Shown here: piece by piece, positions 44,316-53,271 of the stretch
Numbering within the stretch: the stretch's first letter is position 1
How the letters are laid out: each line of letters opens with the position of its first letter
Assembly: GCA_016932915.1 (NCBI GenBank)
Contig: JAFGBY010000030.1
Span: 9,671-73,670, forward strand
DNA: 64,000 nucleotides
Direction of reading: 5' to 3'
Source of the DNA: Acidobacteriota bacterium
GTDB taxonomy: Bacteria; Acidobacteriota; DATKUA01; JAFGBY01
Position numbers and translations under genes: made by a program
Notes under the pieces: generated by a model
Databases searched by the model: none
Seen by the model: only the letters and a program-made list of their open reading frames with translations
Told to the model about the DNA's origin: nothing

Positions 44316-45761
44316 TTACAGACCCGGTACCAGACGAGCAGCATGTTCGATCATTATGCCTTCGTTAAGTGTTTCGGCAAACCGCCGGGTCATTACTCCA
44401 ATAACATACCCGTCTTCAGTAAAGATGGGGCCACCACTGTTCCCCGGTAAAACGGATACATCCAACTGTATGGTATTTTCAATCTTACGTATTCTCCCGA
44501 AAGAAGGAGAAGCGTTTGTATTCGCGAGCTCCTGCGGAGAAATACCAAGAGGGAAACCATATACCATAACCGTATCAGCGACTTTATAAGGATCGCGCCC
44601 ACGGTAAATTTTTACGCTTTTAAAAGTCCCGCCAATGGCTTTGAGAATTGCTATATCATTATTATCGCGTTCATGTACTTCAACGTTTATCCCGGCAACC
44701 CAATCCGGATTACGTTTCGGCCTGTACATCCTGTCCTCGGCTGTCGTAAATATCTCAAGGTTGCCATCACGGGTGTTATAAGAATTTTCAAAAGTATATT
44801 TTCCGCCCGCTCTGAACCTCACGCCATTCACCCAAACACTGAGGAAATGATCAACGCGTAAATCCAATGATTTGCTCAGTTCCATCTCATATGCCCACTC
44901 TGGTTGGAATTTCCACGGGTACACGATATGTTTACATGTTACAAGGTATCCATCATCACGAACGAAGAAACCTGTACCATAACTTTCAAGGCTCTTTTTG
45001 AATTTTCCGTTATCATCATAGAAATCAAACCTCGAATAAACGAAGGCAACACTTTGCTTGTGTGTTTCGATCAGGTTGTAGAGTTTATCTTTAGCGCTTG
45101 CCATTTCGGAAGTTATCCGATCAGTCTCAGCCCGCGCTTCTGCAGTTTCCTGCTGAGCTTGCTGTAAATCGTCTTTTACTTCTTTTCCCTGCATCACCAG
45201 GAATACAATAGCACCAATAAGCGCCAGAATAAAAAATGAAGTGACAACTTTAAAAGTACGAGAAGATTTTTTAAGCGCGTTATTAACAGCTTCTTTAATA
45301 AATACAGCGGTACCACCGATTGCGCCACGGTCGGAGGATTTCGCTTTTTGTAGAGCATCATCTATCATCATCGCAACAGTCTGGCTTCCCACTCCTCTTC
45401 CCTGATCGACAGCCTGTGAAACACGCGTTTTAGGAGATGTATCTGACATCCCCGGCAGGGCAATCTGAACTGATGAGCGAGGCCCACCTTTTCCGAATTC
45501 AATATCATCCCCGTTATTGAGTTTTACCCGGGTTATTTTTTTACCGTTAACATACGTGCCGTTTGTACTGCCAAGATCTTCAAGCCAGTACGCTCCATCT
45601 TCCAATGTGATAACAGCATGATTCTTGGAAGCATCAAGATCAGTTTTCGGATCAAACCTCAGGTTATTATCCGATCCCCGTCCGATTGTTATCTTACCCT
45701 GCGAAAATTCCTCTAATTTCCCTTTTAAGGAACCCGCATTGAATGATAATTTTATGCTCAT
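44316..45761 (-). CDS. FHA domain - TM - trypsin-like (S1/HtrA-type) serine protease fusion protein
   Basis: N-terminal FHA (ITIGRGSDNNLRF...LEDLGSTNGTYVNGKKI). TM SFFILALIGAIVFLVM. Catalytic triad candidates TCKHIV (His), NDIAILKA (Asp), PGNSGGPIF (Ser). Confidence 0.7.
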   Translation of the reverse strand: MSIKLSFNAGSLKGKLEEFSQGKITIGRGSDNNLRFDPKTDLDASKNHAVITLEDGAYWLEDLGSTNGTYVNGKKITRVKLNNGDDIEFGKGGPRSSVQIALPGMSDTSPKTRVSQAVDQGRGVGSQTVAMMIDDALQKAKSSDRGAIGGTAVFIKEAVNNALKKSSRTFKVVTSFFILALIGAIVFLVMQGKEVKDDLQQAQQETAEARAETDRITSEMASAKDKLYNLIETHKQSVAFVYSRFDFYDDNGKFKKSLESYGTGFFVRDDGYLVTCKHIVYPWKFQPEWAYEMELSKSLDLRVDHFLSVWVNGVRFRAGGKYTFENSYNTRDGNLEIFTTAEDRMYRPKRNPDWVAGINVEVHERDNNDIAILKAIGGTFKSVKIYRGRDPYKVADTVMVYGFPLGISPQELANTNASPSFGRIRKIENTIQLDVSVLPGNSGGPIFTEDGYVIGVMTRRFAETLNEGIMIEHAARLVPGL

Positions 45762-45779
45762 CGCATCCTCCTTGGATTA

Positions 45780-46784
45780 TTATTGAATTTCAGAATCAGC
45801 AGGGGGAACAATGTAACGTGATGTTTTTTCCAAAACATCATCTTCAGGGCTTGTGAAGTCTACGGTATCCGGTCCATCCGTCTTCTCTGTATCGGATGCC
45901 CTGTTATATGATGCCAGGATAATAGTTATATTATCTTTGCCCCCGGAATTATTCGCTTCCTGTACTAACCTCTTAACCGCTGTTGTTGTATTTGCGGAAG
46001 TCTGAATAATTTCGAAAATCTTCTCATCCAATACCATGTCAGTTAGTCCATCACTACATAACAATATTTTATCATTGGACTGAAGACTAAGTGTATAAAA
46101 GCCAACTTCAACACGTTCGGAAACACCAACAGCCTGCAAAATAACATTTTTAGCAAGATGATGCCGTGCTTCTTCTTTAGTAATGTTTCCCGCTTCGACA
46201 AGTTTACTGACAAGCGACTGGTCTTTTGTAACCTGTATAAAATCATTATCACGAACAAGGTAAAGCCTGCTATCCCCAACCTGTGCGATAAAAAGTTCGT
46301 TCTCAATAATTACAGAGGCGGTAATAGTCGCCCCCATCCCATTATATTTTGAGTTTTTCATCGCTGCTCTGAAAACATCTCTGTTCGCTGTTTTTATTCC
46401 GCCCTGGAGAACAGTGGGAAATTCGTCATTGTCCGGAATCTTTTCGCACCAATTTTTCCTGAACCAGGATTCCATTGAATCTCTTACCATCTGACTGGCA
46501 ACATCACCTGCTGCCGCGCCACCCATACCATCTGTTACCATCAACAGTATGCCTTTGTCTAATGTCGATGCTATCATTTCCTCATCAGACTCAAGCGTCA
46601 AACTTGAGTTGAGATTCATTAGAAGATAGTTATCTTCATTATGTTTTCGCTGACGTCCCACATCGGTATCGTAGGCAAAAACCAGGTAATCGCCCTGCAT
46701 AACTTTCTGGATTTCCTCGGGCGAAAGTTTAATTGTCCTTCTTGATTCGGTGAAATCCTCTTTTTTCTTTCCAAATATAGACAT
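45780..46784 (-). CDS. PP2C-family Ser/Thr protein phosphatase
   Basis: MVTDGMGGAAAGDVAS, LLCSDGLTD, NNSGGKDNITII, the PP2C metal-binding motifs. Confidence 0.85.
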   Translation of the reverse strand: MSIFGKKKEDFTESRRTIKLSPEEIQKVMQGDYLVFAYDTDVGRQRKHNEDNYLLMNLNSSLTLESDEEMIASTLDKGILLMVTDGMGGAAAGDVASQMVRDSMESWFRKNWCEKIPDNDEFPTVLQGGIKTANRDVFRAAMKNSKYNGMGATITASVIIENELFIAQVGDSRLYLVRDNDFIQVTKDQSLVSKLVEAGNITKEEARHHLAKNVILQAVGVSERVEVGFYTLSLQSNDKILLCSDGLTDMVLDEKIFEIIQTSANTTTAVKRLVQEANNSGGKDNITIILASYNRASDTEKTDGPDTVDFTSPEDDVLEKTSRYIVPPADSEIQ

Positions 46785-46795
46785 CCAATTGAGTC

Positions 46796-47698
46796 CTATA
46801 AAATCGGAGCACGATATTTAAAGAGTTGTTTTCCAATTAATAAATGGTCATTGTCTTCCAGCTCAAGTTTCTTTTTAATCTGGATAAATACACCATTACT
46901 ACTACTATTATCTTCGATATAAAATTTCCCTCGTTCATGAGAAAGTATTGCATGACGGTTTGACATAAATTTGTCGTCGGGGAATGAAATATCTCCGCTC
47001 TGGCGCCCGATGAATACGGTATCGTGCGTAATATAATACCTGTTTCCTTCAGCCCTGTTAGAATAGATTTGAATAAGTATAGCGACTATTTTTTTACTTG
47101 AAGCGCCATAATAATTAAATATTTCCTCAGTTTCGTCCTGCAGTGGGATATCCAGGTCTTCAGATGAATATGTCTTGAATTTCAGTAATTGCTGCCCCAT
47201 CAGGATATAAGCATCATTGTATAATTCCGTTCTTTCACTTATTTTATAAAAAATCCCATTAAATGTATCTATGTCTTCCACAATCATTTTATCATCAACA
47301 AATTGAAATGCAGCATGTTCGGGGGATAGGTATGTATCCGCAGGAAAAGTGATGTCTCCCGAAGATCTTCCCAATACCGTTCTTTTCTTCGTTATCTCAT
47401 AGGATTTACCTTCAGAGGAGTCATCATTGATCTGGATAAGTTTTGGATTTATCCTGGCATCAGCAGCTGATTGATAAATTCTGGTTTTTGCAGGGTCTTC
47501 GCCTTCGCTTAGTTCCAGAAATTCATCCAGGTTTTTTGCTATCCTTGTTTTTGGTACGTTATCATTCTCTTGATTCATAGGATTCGCAACAGCATCACCT
47601 GCTATTTCTGTAGCATCATCATCCAGTTTTGCGCCGCACTGCATACAAAAAACATAATTATCATCATTTTGATTACCGCAGTTTGGACATAGTTTCAT
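46796..47698 (-). CDS. Zinc-ribbon protein with two FHA domains
   Basis: CPNCGNQ...CMQCG. FHA1 TVLGRSSGDITFPADTYLSPEHAAFQF. FHA2 TVFIGRQSGDISFPDDKFMSNRHAILS...SSSNGVFI. SD taaggagt upstream. Confidence 0.7.
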   Translation of the reverse strand: MKLCPNCGNQNDDNYVFCMQCGAKLDDDATEIAGDAVANPMNQENDNVPKTRIAKNLDEFLELSEGEDPAKTRIYQSAADARINPKLIQINDDSSEGKSYEITKKRTVLGRSSGDITFPADTYLSPEHAAFQFVDDKMIVEDIDTFNGIFYKISERTELYNDAYILMGQQLLKFKTYSSEDLDIPLQDETEEIFNYYGASSKKIVAILIQIYSNRAEGNRYYITHDTVFIGRQSGDISFPDDKFMSNRHAILSHERGKFYIEDNSSSNGVFIQIKKKLELEDNDHLLIGKQLFKYRAPIL

Positions 47699-47754
47699 AA
47701 AAATACTCCTTAAAAGTCTAAAAATAAAACTGAGTTTTATCTATTATAAACTAT

Positions 47755-47976
47755 CAACTGTCCTTTTTATTAGTCCGTGAAGCAATAAATCCAATACATA
47801 CTGCGATTCCCGCTCCTATCAGCCCACCTACCAGGGGGCCCGGGCCTACAACAGCCCTGGCACCTCAGGTATTACCTGTACTGCCACCACCGAGTGAAAG
47901 CAGGAGGCCAATTCCCGCACCCATCATTATCAGTCCGTTATAGCGCCTGAAAAATTCTCTAAGCTTTTCTTCCATC
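47755..47976 (-). pseudogene. Small glycine-zipper membrane peptide ORF interrupted by an in-frame TGA (36 codons, TGA, then 36 more in-frame codons)
   Basis: My translation: MEEKLREFFRRYNGLIMMGAGIGLLLSLGGGSTGNT * GARAVVGPGPLVGGLIGAGIAVCIGFIASRTNKKDS. The Gly-zipper character continues across the stop. Confidence 0.3.
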
Positions 47977-48068
47977 AGAAATTCCTTTGACACAGTTGAA
48001 TTTAAAGAATAAACAGCCCATAAGCTTTCTCTTCAGTATTTTACCCAAAAAATTCATATATTCAACTG

Positions 48069-49781
48069 TCAATATCCAAAAGCCTTACCATCAAGTCTCG
48101 GATCTGAAGCGCCTCTGAATAACTTTTCTTCATATAAATAATCAGCAATATTTACACAGCCGAAGTATCCCTTCAGCTCGATATTATGACCAATTGCAGT
48201 AAGAGAATCGACAGTCTCAGGACTGAAACCAAAATCCTCCATATATAACTTGTCCGGAAACCATTGATGATGAATCCTTGGGGCTATTATAGCTTCACGG
48301 ATATTCATATCATTTCTCGTGACATTAATCAGAGCCTGAAGTACGGAAGATATGATCTTTGGGCCCCCAGGTGAACCAAGCCCAATCAACCTCTCACCAT
48401 CTTTAACGCAGATTGTTGGTGACATTGAACTAAGCATTCTTTTACCAGGCTCTATCGAGTTCTTTTTCGAGCCGACAAGGTTATACATATTAGGGGCATC
48501 ATATCCCACACTGAAATCATCCATCTGATTATTCAGGAGAATTCCAGTCCCCTTTACGACGGCCTTTGATCCATATCCACCGTTAAGAGTATATGTATTA
48601 CTTACGCAATTTCCCCATTGATCAATAATAGTAAAATGCGTCGTCTCATCCGGTTCAGATACATTGTAAAGATGTTTCTCGTCAGCTTCCAGACTGAGTA
48701 ATTTATCAGGTTTGATGTTACGAGCGATTCCTTTCAGGTAATTCTCATCAAGCAGTTTGGATATTGGTACATCCACAAAATCCGGATCACCCATAAAAAC
48801 CGCCCGGTCACGGAAGCTCACTTTCATAGCCTCGGCTAACAGATGGTAATAGGCGCTGGTATCATACTTGATATCTTCTGATTCTGAATTTTCAAGAATT
48901 CTCAGAACCTGGGCAATTACAATTCCACCGGAACTCGGAGGAGGCATAGTATATATATCATAACCTCTATATTTAAAATGGAGTGGTTCTCTCCATTTAA
49001 TCTTATAACCAGCAAGGTCTTCCATTGTTATCAAACCACCACAAGCCTTCATTTCTTCAGTTAAAATCTTCGCAGTTTGCCCCTGATAAAAATCTCTTTC
49101 ACCCTGCTCCTGTATTCTTTTTAATGTTTCAGCTAGTTCAGGTTGCCTGATAATATCACCGATAATCCACCCTGATTCTCGTTTACTCACAAAAATACTG
49201 CTGGCAGGGAACCGTTCGAATAATGGTCTTTTCTGGTTCAGCGATTCCGCTGTACGCTGGTTTATTGAAAATCCATCGTTTGCTGCAGTTATCGCAGGTT
49301 GCAGTAAATCTGCCCATTTCAGCTTCCCAAACTTCTGATGAGCCACCCACATGCCTTTTACTGTCCCGGGCACTCCGGCGGCCAGGTAGCCGACCTGGAG
49401 TTTATCAAAATTAACTTTCCCGTCTTCATTTCTATAAATCGATTCAGAAACCTGTTGTGGCGCCATTTCCCGGTAATCGAGTGCATATACTCCCCCATCC
49501 CCTGTTCTAATAAGCATAAATCCACCACCTCCAATATTTCCGGCAGTGGGATAAACAACCGCAAGTGAAAACGCAACGGCAACCGCGGCATCAACAGCAT
49601 TACCACCTTTTTTTAAAACCTCGACTCCCACTCTGCTTGCGTACTCGCTAGCGGAAACGACCATACCGTTTCTAGCGGTTTCCGGTTCGATGCTATAGGT
49701 GTATATTTTATTAACAGGAATTAATGATATTATTATCAGTGATATCATAAGCAGAAATAAGATTAATCTGCTTTTACTCAT
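48069..49781 (-). CDS. ggt: Gamma-glutamyltranspeptidase
   Basis: Signal/TM. Nucleophile region ETTHFTIIDQWGNCVS. GGT family length (570 aa) and conserved DDFS...GSPGG blocks. Confidence 0.85.
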   Translation of the reverse strand: MSKSRLILFLLMISLIIISLIPVNKIYTYSIEPETARNGMVVSASEYASRVGVEVLKKGGNAVDAAVAVAFSLAVVYPTAGNIGGGGFMLIRTGDGGVYALDYREMAPQQVSESIYRNEDGKVNFDKLQVGYLAAGVPGTVKGMWVAHQKFGKLKWADLLQPAITAANDGFSINQRTAESLNQKRPLFERFPASSIFVSKRESGWIIGDIIRQPELAETLKRIQEQGERDFYQGQTAKILTEEMKACGGLITMEDLAGYKIKWREPLHFKYRGYDIYTMPPPSSGGIVIAQVLRILENSESEDIKYDTSAYYHLLAEAMKVSFRDRAVFMGDPDFVDVPISKLLDENYLKGIARNIKPDKLLSLEADEKHLYNVSEPDETTHFTIIDQWGNCVSNTYTLNGGYGSKAVVKGTGILLNNQMDDFSVGYDAPNMYNLVGSKKNSIEPGKRMLSSMSPTICVKDGERLIGLGSPGGPKIISSVLQALINVTRNDMNIREAIIAPRIHHQWFPDKLYMEDFGFSPETVDSLTAIGHNIELKGYFGCVNIADYLYEEKLFRGASDPRLDGKAFGY

Positions 49782-50320
49782 TATTTCTCCTTTAAATCGA
49801 GTTTCAAACGTTCCCGCATTTCCAGGAAAAAATCGAGATACGCTTTTGTCTTATAATCAGGATAAGTCCAGGGCATAAACTCAACACCTGATTTGGAATG
49901 GAAAATGTAATCAACCTGGGCGTAAATTCCTCCGGCAAGATAAATCCTGTGAGCAAATGGTTTTGCTGAAGCAAGCACCATACTCGATAATGTAATATAA
50001 CCGGGGTCAAGATTTACCGGCCTATCCACTCCTGGCAAATTGGAGCTATATTTGTTCTCTATTTCATTTGTTTTAATTTTAACATTACTGAGCTTATCCG
50101 GAGTTATCAAATCAGAGAAAGAGAACAGGAATTTCTTGAGATCAGATCCCATCTGTGATTTGTAATAATCGGTAAAATCCCAGTTAACAGGACCGGTTTT
50201 GATATCGATTTGAGAAAACTCCTTTTCAAGGTCGGAGCATAAATCTTCAATAAAATCCAAGGATGCTGTGAGCACTCCGCAGAATAGCTTTACTTTTTCT
50301 ACATCTTTTATCCGTGCCAT
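49781..50320 (-). CDS. Conserved hypothetical protein. Its stop overlaps the ggt start by 1 nt.
   Basis: 179 aa, no recognisable motif. Tight translational coupling with ggt. Confidence 0.4.
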   Translation of the reverse strand: MARIKDVEKVKLFCGVLTASLDFIEDLCSDLEKEFSQIDIKTGPVNWDFTDYYKSQMGSDLKKFLFSFSDLITPDKLSNVKIKTNEIENKYSSNLPGVDRPVNLDPGYITLSSMVLASAKPFAHRIYLAGGIYAQVDYIFHSKSGVEFMPWTYPDYKTKAYLDFFLEMRERLKLDLKEK

Positions 50321-50409
50321 TTGTTTCCGCCGGATAATATTATAATCTGAAGGTATTAAAAGTTAATAGAAACTTGATAGAAAGTGTCCCAATAAAAATA
50401 AATTACCGA

Positions 50410-51282
50410 TTATTCAAACCATTTAGAAAAATCGTCCGGTAAATCTCCACGCTTTTTATACCGCAGAAGAGCATTCTTGCATTCACAATCACGAACGAGC
50501 ACCTCAAGTTTGGGAATCATATTCAGAACGAGTTGTGGTATCGCTTCCTCGATTTTCTTCACTATCTTCAATTCTTCTTCAGTAGCAAGCCCCTCGAACA
50601 ATACTCCCCGTTTATAAGGTCTTTCGGCAATCCCTTCAGCATAATTTACAGGGTAACAAAGCGCTGCATAGCAGAGTTCCATCTCACGGGCGAGAAAAAC
50701 CTCCGGAGCAAGGGTCATCCCGACAGCACTGCCTCCAAGAAGTGTGTAATCCCGGATTTCAGCTGCTGTTTCCAGCCGCGGTCCGGCGGTATTTATATAT
50801 GTCCCCTTATCAAAAACCTTCCCTTTAAAATTTGTCTGAAGATCCGTGACCATAAGAGCTCTGATAGATGGACAGAATGGTTCATCCATCCTGATAACAC
50901 CTATTCCACGGTTCTCGAAAAATGTCCTCTTAGAGGAGTATGAACGATCTATAATATCATCAGGGACGAATAAAGTTCCCGGGCCCATTTCTTCCATCAA
51001 TGATCCAGGGGCGGAAATGGAAATCACTTTTTCCACTCCTTTCTGTCTCAGCGCGTACAAACTCGCTCTCATATCGACAAAAGGAGCCGATATTTCATAT
51101 AAATCTTCTTCCCCGTGGCGGGAGATACAGTAAAAAGGAATTTTCTGGTATATCATAGAGTGCAGAAGATGGCTGCTACCAAAAGGTGTTTTTATCTTCT
51201 GCTGGCTTATTCGGCTTGCCCCATATTTTTCAAGTATCTTATGTAATCCGGTTCTTCCAATAATAGCTAATTTTGTCGCCAT
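50410..51282 (-). CDS. PNP/MTAP-family nucleoside phosphorylase (S-methyl-5'-thioadenosine phosphorylase-like)
   Basis: LAIIGRTGL N-terminus. VDMRASLYALRQKGVEKVISISAPGSLMEEMGPGTLFVPDDIIDRS matches the MTAP core pattern (vNyRANi.aLk.lGv..ii...A.GSL.ee..PGdlv.pDq.IDrT), recalled from memory. Confidence 0.55.
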   Translation of the reverse strand: MATKLAIIGRTGLHKILEKYGASRISQQKIKTPFGSSHLLHSMIYQKIPFYCISRHGEEDLYEISAPFVDMRASLYALRQKGVEKVISISAPGSLMEEMGPGTLFVPDDIIDRSYSSKRTFFENRGIGVIRMDEPFCPSIRALMVTDLQTNFKGKVFDKGTYINTAGPRLETAAEIRDYTLLGGSAVGMTLAPEVFLAREMELCYAALCYPVNYAEGIAERPYKRGVLFEGLATEEELKIVKKIEEAIPQLVLNMIPKLEVLVRDCECKNALLRYKKRGDLPDDFSKWFE

Positions 51283-52343
51283 AAGGGTTCTCCTAGAATA
51301 TTATATAACATATCGCGCCTCTCGGCTTTTAAACCATAATCTTCTATAAGCCTGACAATATCTTTTTCCTGCATCCTGAAAGTAACTCCCGCAGCTTTTA
51401 CAACATTTTCTTCAATCATCAAACTTCCAAAATCATCCGCTCCATATCCCAGAGCCACCTGGGCTATCTTCGGTCCCTGTGTAACCCAGGATACCTGGAG
51501 ATGTTTAATATTATCAAGATAAAGGCGCGCAAGCGCAAGCGTCCTGAGATACTCAAGAGCAGAAACTTTTTTTATATCCAGCTTTGTATTTGCTGGTTGA
51601 AAGGTCCAGGGGATAAACGCGGTAAAACCACCGGTTTCATCCTGGAGTGATCGAATCCTGTCCATATGCTCAATCCGCTCCTCAATAGTCTCGATATGCC
51701 CGAACATCATCGTTGCAGTTGTTTTTAAGCCTTTCTTGTGAGCTTTGCGCATTACATCCAACCATTCATCAACCGTATATTTATTCGGAGAAACCTCTTT
51801 CCGAACCCTGTCGACTAGTATCTCAGCGCCGCCTCCAGGGATAGAATCCAGTCCACTTTTAATCAGTCTTTCAAGGGTTTCATCGATCGTTATACCTGAA
51901 GTCTCTGAGATATGAATCACCTCCGGTGGGCTGAGAGCATGAAGATGGATATCAAAATCACTCTTTATCTTCTTGAACAAGGTTTCATAATAATTTATAT
52001 CAAGATCCGGATGCAGGCCTCCCTGTAGAAGAACCTGTGTACCACCCAGTTCCAATGTTTCTCTGATTTTTTCCGCAAGTACGTCGTAATCCAAGAGATA
52101 ACCACCAGAATGATGATTCTCCCTGTAATAAGCGCAGAACTTACACCCCGACTTGCATATATTGGTGTAATTGATATTCCTGTCGAGGATATAAGTTACT
52201 CTACGTTCTGGGACAAGATCAAACCTTCTGCGATCAGCAAGAGTAGCCAGATCTGTAAGATCCCATTTATTGTAAAGCTCAACTGTGGTTTGTTTATCCA
52301 GGCGATTCCAGGAATTTGTGTTCTTATTTTTCAGGGACGACAT
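51267..52343 (-). CDS. Radical SAM enzyme of the MqnC/MqnE family (cyclic dehypoxanthinyl-futalosine synthase / aminofutalosine synthase)
   Basis: RVTYILDRNINYTNICKSGCKFCAYY (Cx3Cx2C in the Mqn context) and FIPWTFQPANTKL. ATG at 52343, and the track start at 52355 is a TTG. Confidence 0.75.
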   Translation of the reverse strand: MSSLKNKNTNSWNRLDKQTTVELYNKWDLTDLATLADRRRFDLVPERRVTYILDRNINYTNICKSGCKFCAYYRENHHSGGYLLDYDVLAEKIRETLELGGTQVLLQGGLHPDLDINYYETLFKKIKSDFDIHLHALSPPEVIHISETSGITIDETLERLIKSGLDSIPGGGAEILVDRVRKEVSPNKYTVDEWLDVMRKAHKKGLKTTATMMFGHIETIEERIEHMDRIRSLQDETGGFTAFIPWTFQPANTKLDIKKVSALEYLRTLALARLYLDNIKHLQVSWVTQGPKIAQVALGYGADDFGSLMIEENVVKAAGVTFRMQEKDIVRLIEDYGLKAERRDMLYNILGEPLWRQN

Positions 52344-52347
52344 CAAG

Positions 52348-53154
52348 CTAACCAAAAAATCTTAACTCGGGTAATTCCTCGATCAGCTTGTAGTACTCAG
52401 CATAACGATAGAACTCTATCAATCCCTGCTGGGCACGAAGGCCGAAGTTAAACTTGATGTTTTCCTTAAGATATGACAGATTTTTCTTGTAGGTGCCTTT
52501 ATTGCTCTCAGCGTAATCCCTTGCAATTTTCGAGAGATTAAGAACACCGGTTTTCATGCTTTTATTAAAAGAGTCAAGATAATCGCTTTTAATTTTCCCA
52601 AGCGGACCGGACCAGATAGCATACACAAAGGGATAACCTGTCATTTTTGTCCAGTCGGAACCGAGATCCCTTACCACAAATCCATTTATATCGCTATATA
52701 AGGCATTATCACCGATCAGAAGAGCCGCATCTGCTTTCTTCAGCATTTTAGGAAGAGACGGTTCCATTTCGATAAAATCCGGTGATATATTGTAGAGTTC
52801 CCGGCATAAAATTTTAAGGAGAGCTATACTTGTAAGGCTGTTTTTATCTACAGCCACAGTTGTTACATCTTCAATATTTTTCTTCAATATAAGCAGCACC
52901 GAACCAACCGGGCCACGCGATGTGATGGCAACTTTATCTATTATCCTATATCTTGAATTCTTTGGGTATTCGATACTGGGCAACAGCGCCAGGTCAACCT
53001 TGTTTGTTCGCAGCAGTTCAGAGCACTCCGCAGGAGTGCCATAAATAATCTCATATTCACCTTTGACCGCTCCATTTTCGAAACCATATACCAGCGGCCT
53101 ACTATTCAAAAAATTGGTCACAGCCAATTTAATTTTCGGTTCTTTCTTCTCCAT
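52348..53154 (-). CDS. mqnA: MqnA-type (chorismate dehydratase; MqnA/MqnD fold) menaquinone biosynthesis protein, futalosine pathway. Start re-assigned to the ATG at 53154.
   Basis: IKLAVTNFLNSRPLVYGF resembles the MqnA N-terminus (YLNtlPlfyg). ~268 aa periplasmic-binding-protein-like fold. The upstream ATG at 53175 lies inside the promoter spacer. Confidence 0.6.
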   Translation of the reverse strand: MEKKEPKIKLAVTNFLNSRPLVYGFENGAVKGEYEIIYGTPAECSELLRTNKVDLALLPSIEYPKNSRYRIIDKVAITSRGPVGSVLLILKKNIEDVTTVAVDKNSLTSIALLKILCRELYNISPDFIEMEPSLPKMLKKADAALLIGDNALYSDINGFVVRDLGSDWTKMTGYPFVYAIWSGPLGKIKSDYLDSFNKSMKTGVLNLSKIARDYAESNKGTYKKNLSYLKENIKFNFGLRAQQGLIEFYRYAEYYKLIEELPELRFFG

Positions 53155-53160
53155 CGTTGC

Positions 53161-53189
53161 ATTATACCTCAACATGTGATTTTTGACAA
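53161..53189 (-). promoter_or_regulatory. Near-consensus sigma70 promoter (TTGTCA - 17 nt - TATAAT) whose -10 ends 6 nt before the mqnA ATG. The mRNA is leaderless or near-leaderless.
   Basis: Minus-strand reading ...TTGTCAaaaatcacatgttgaggTATAATgcaacgATGgag. -35 is rc of 53184-53189 and -10 is rc of 53161-53166. Confidence 0.55.
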
Positions 53190-53271
53190 CGCAGTATTTT
53201 TATATAAATACCCGCATTTTTAATACGAAATATATACAATTCATCTTCCCGCCCCCGGTAAATCCCCATTT

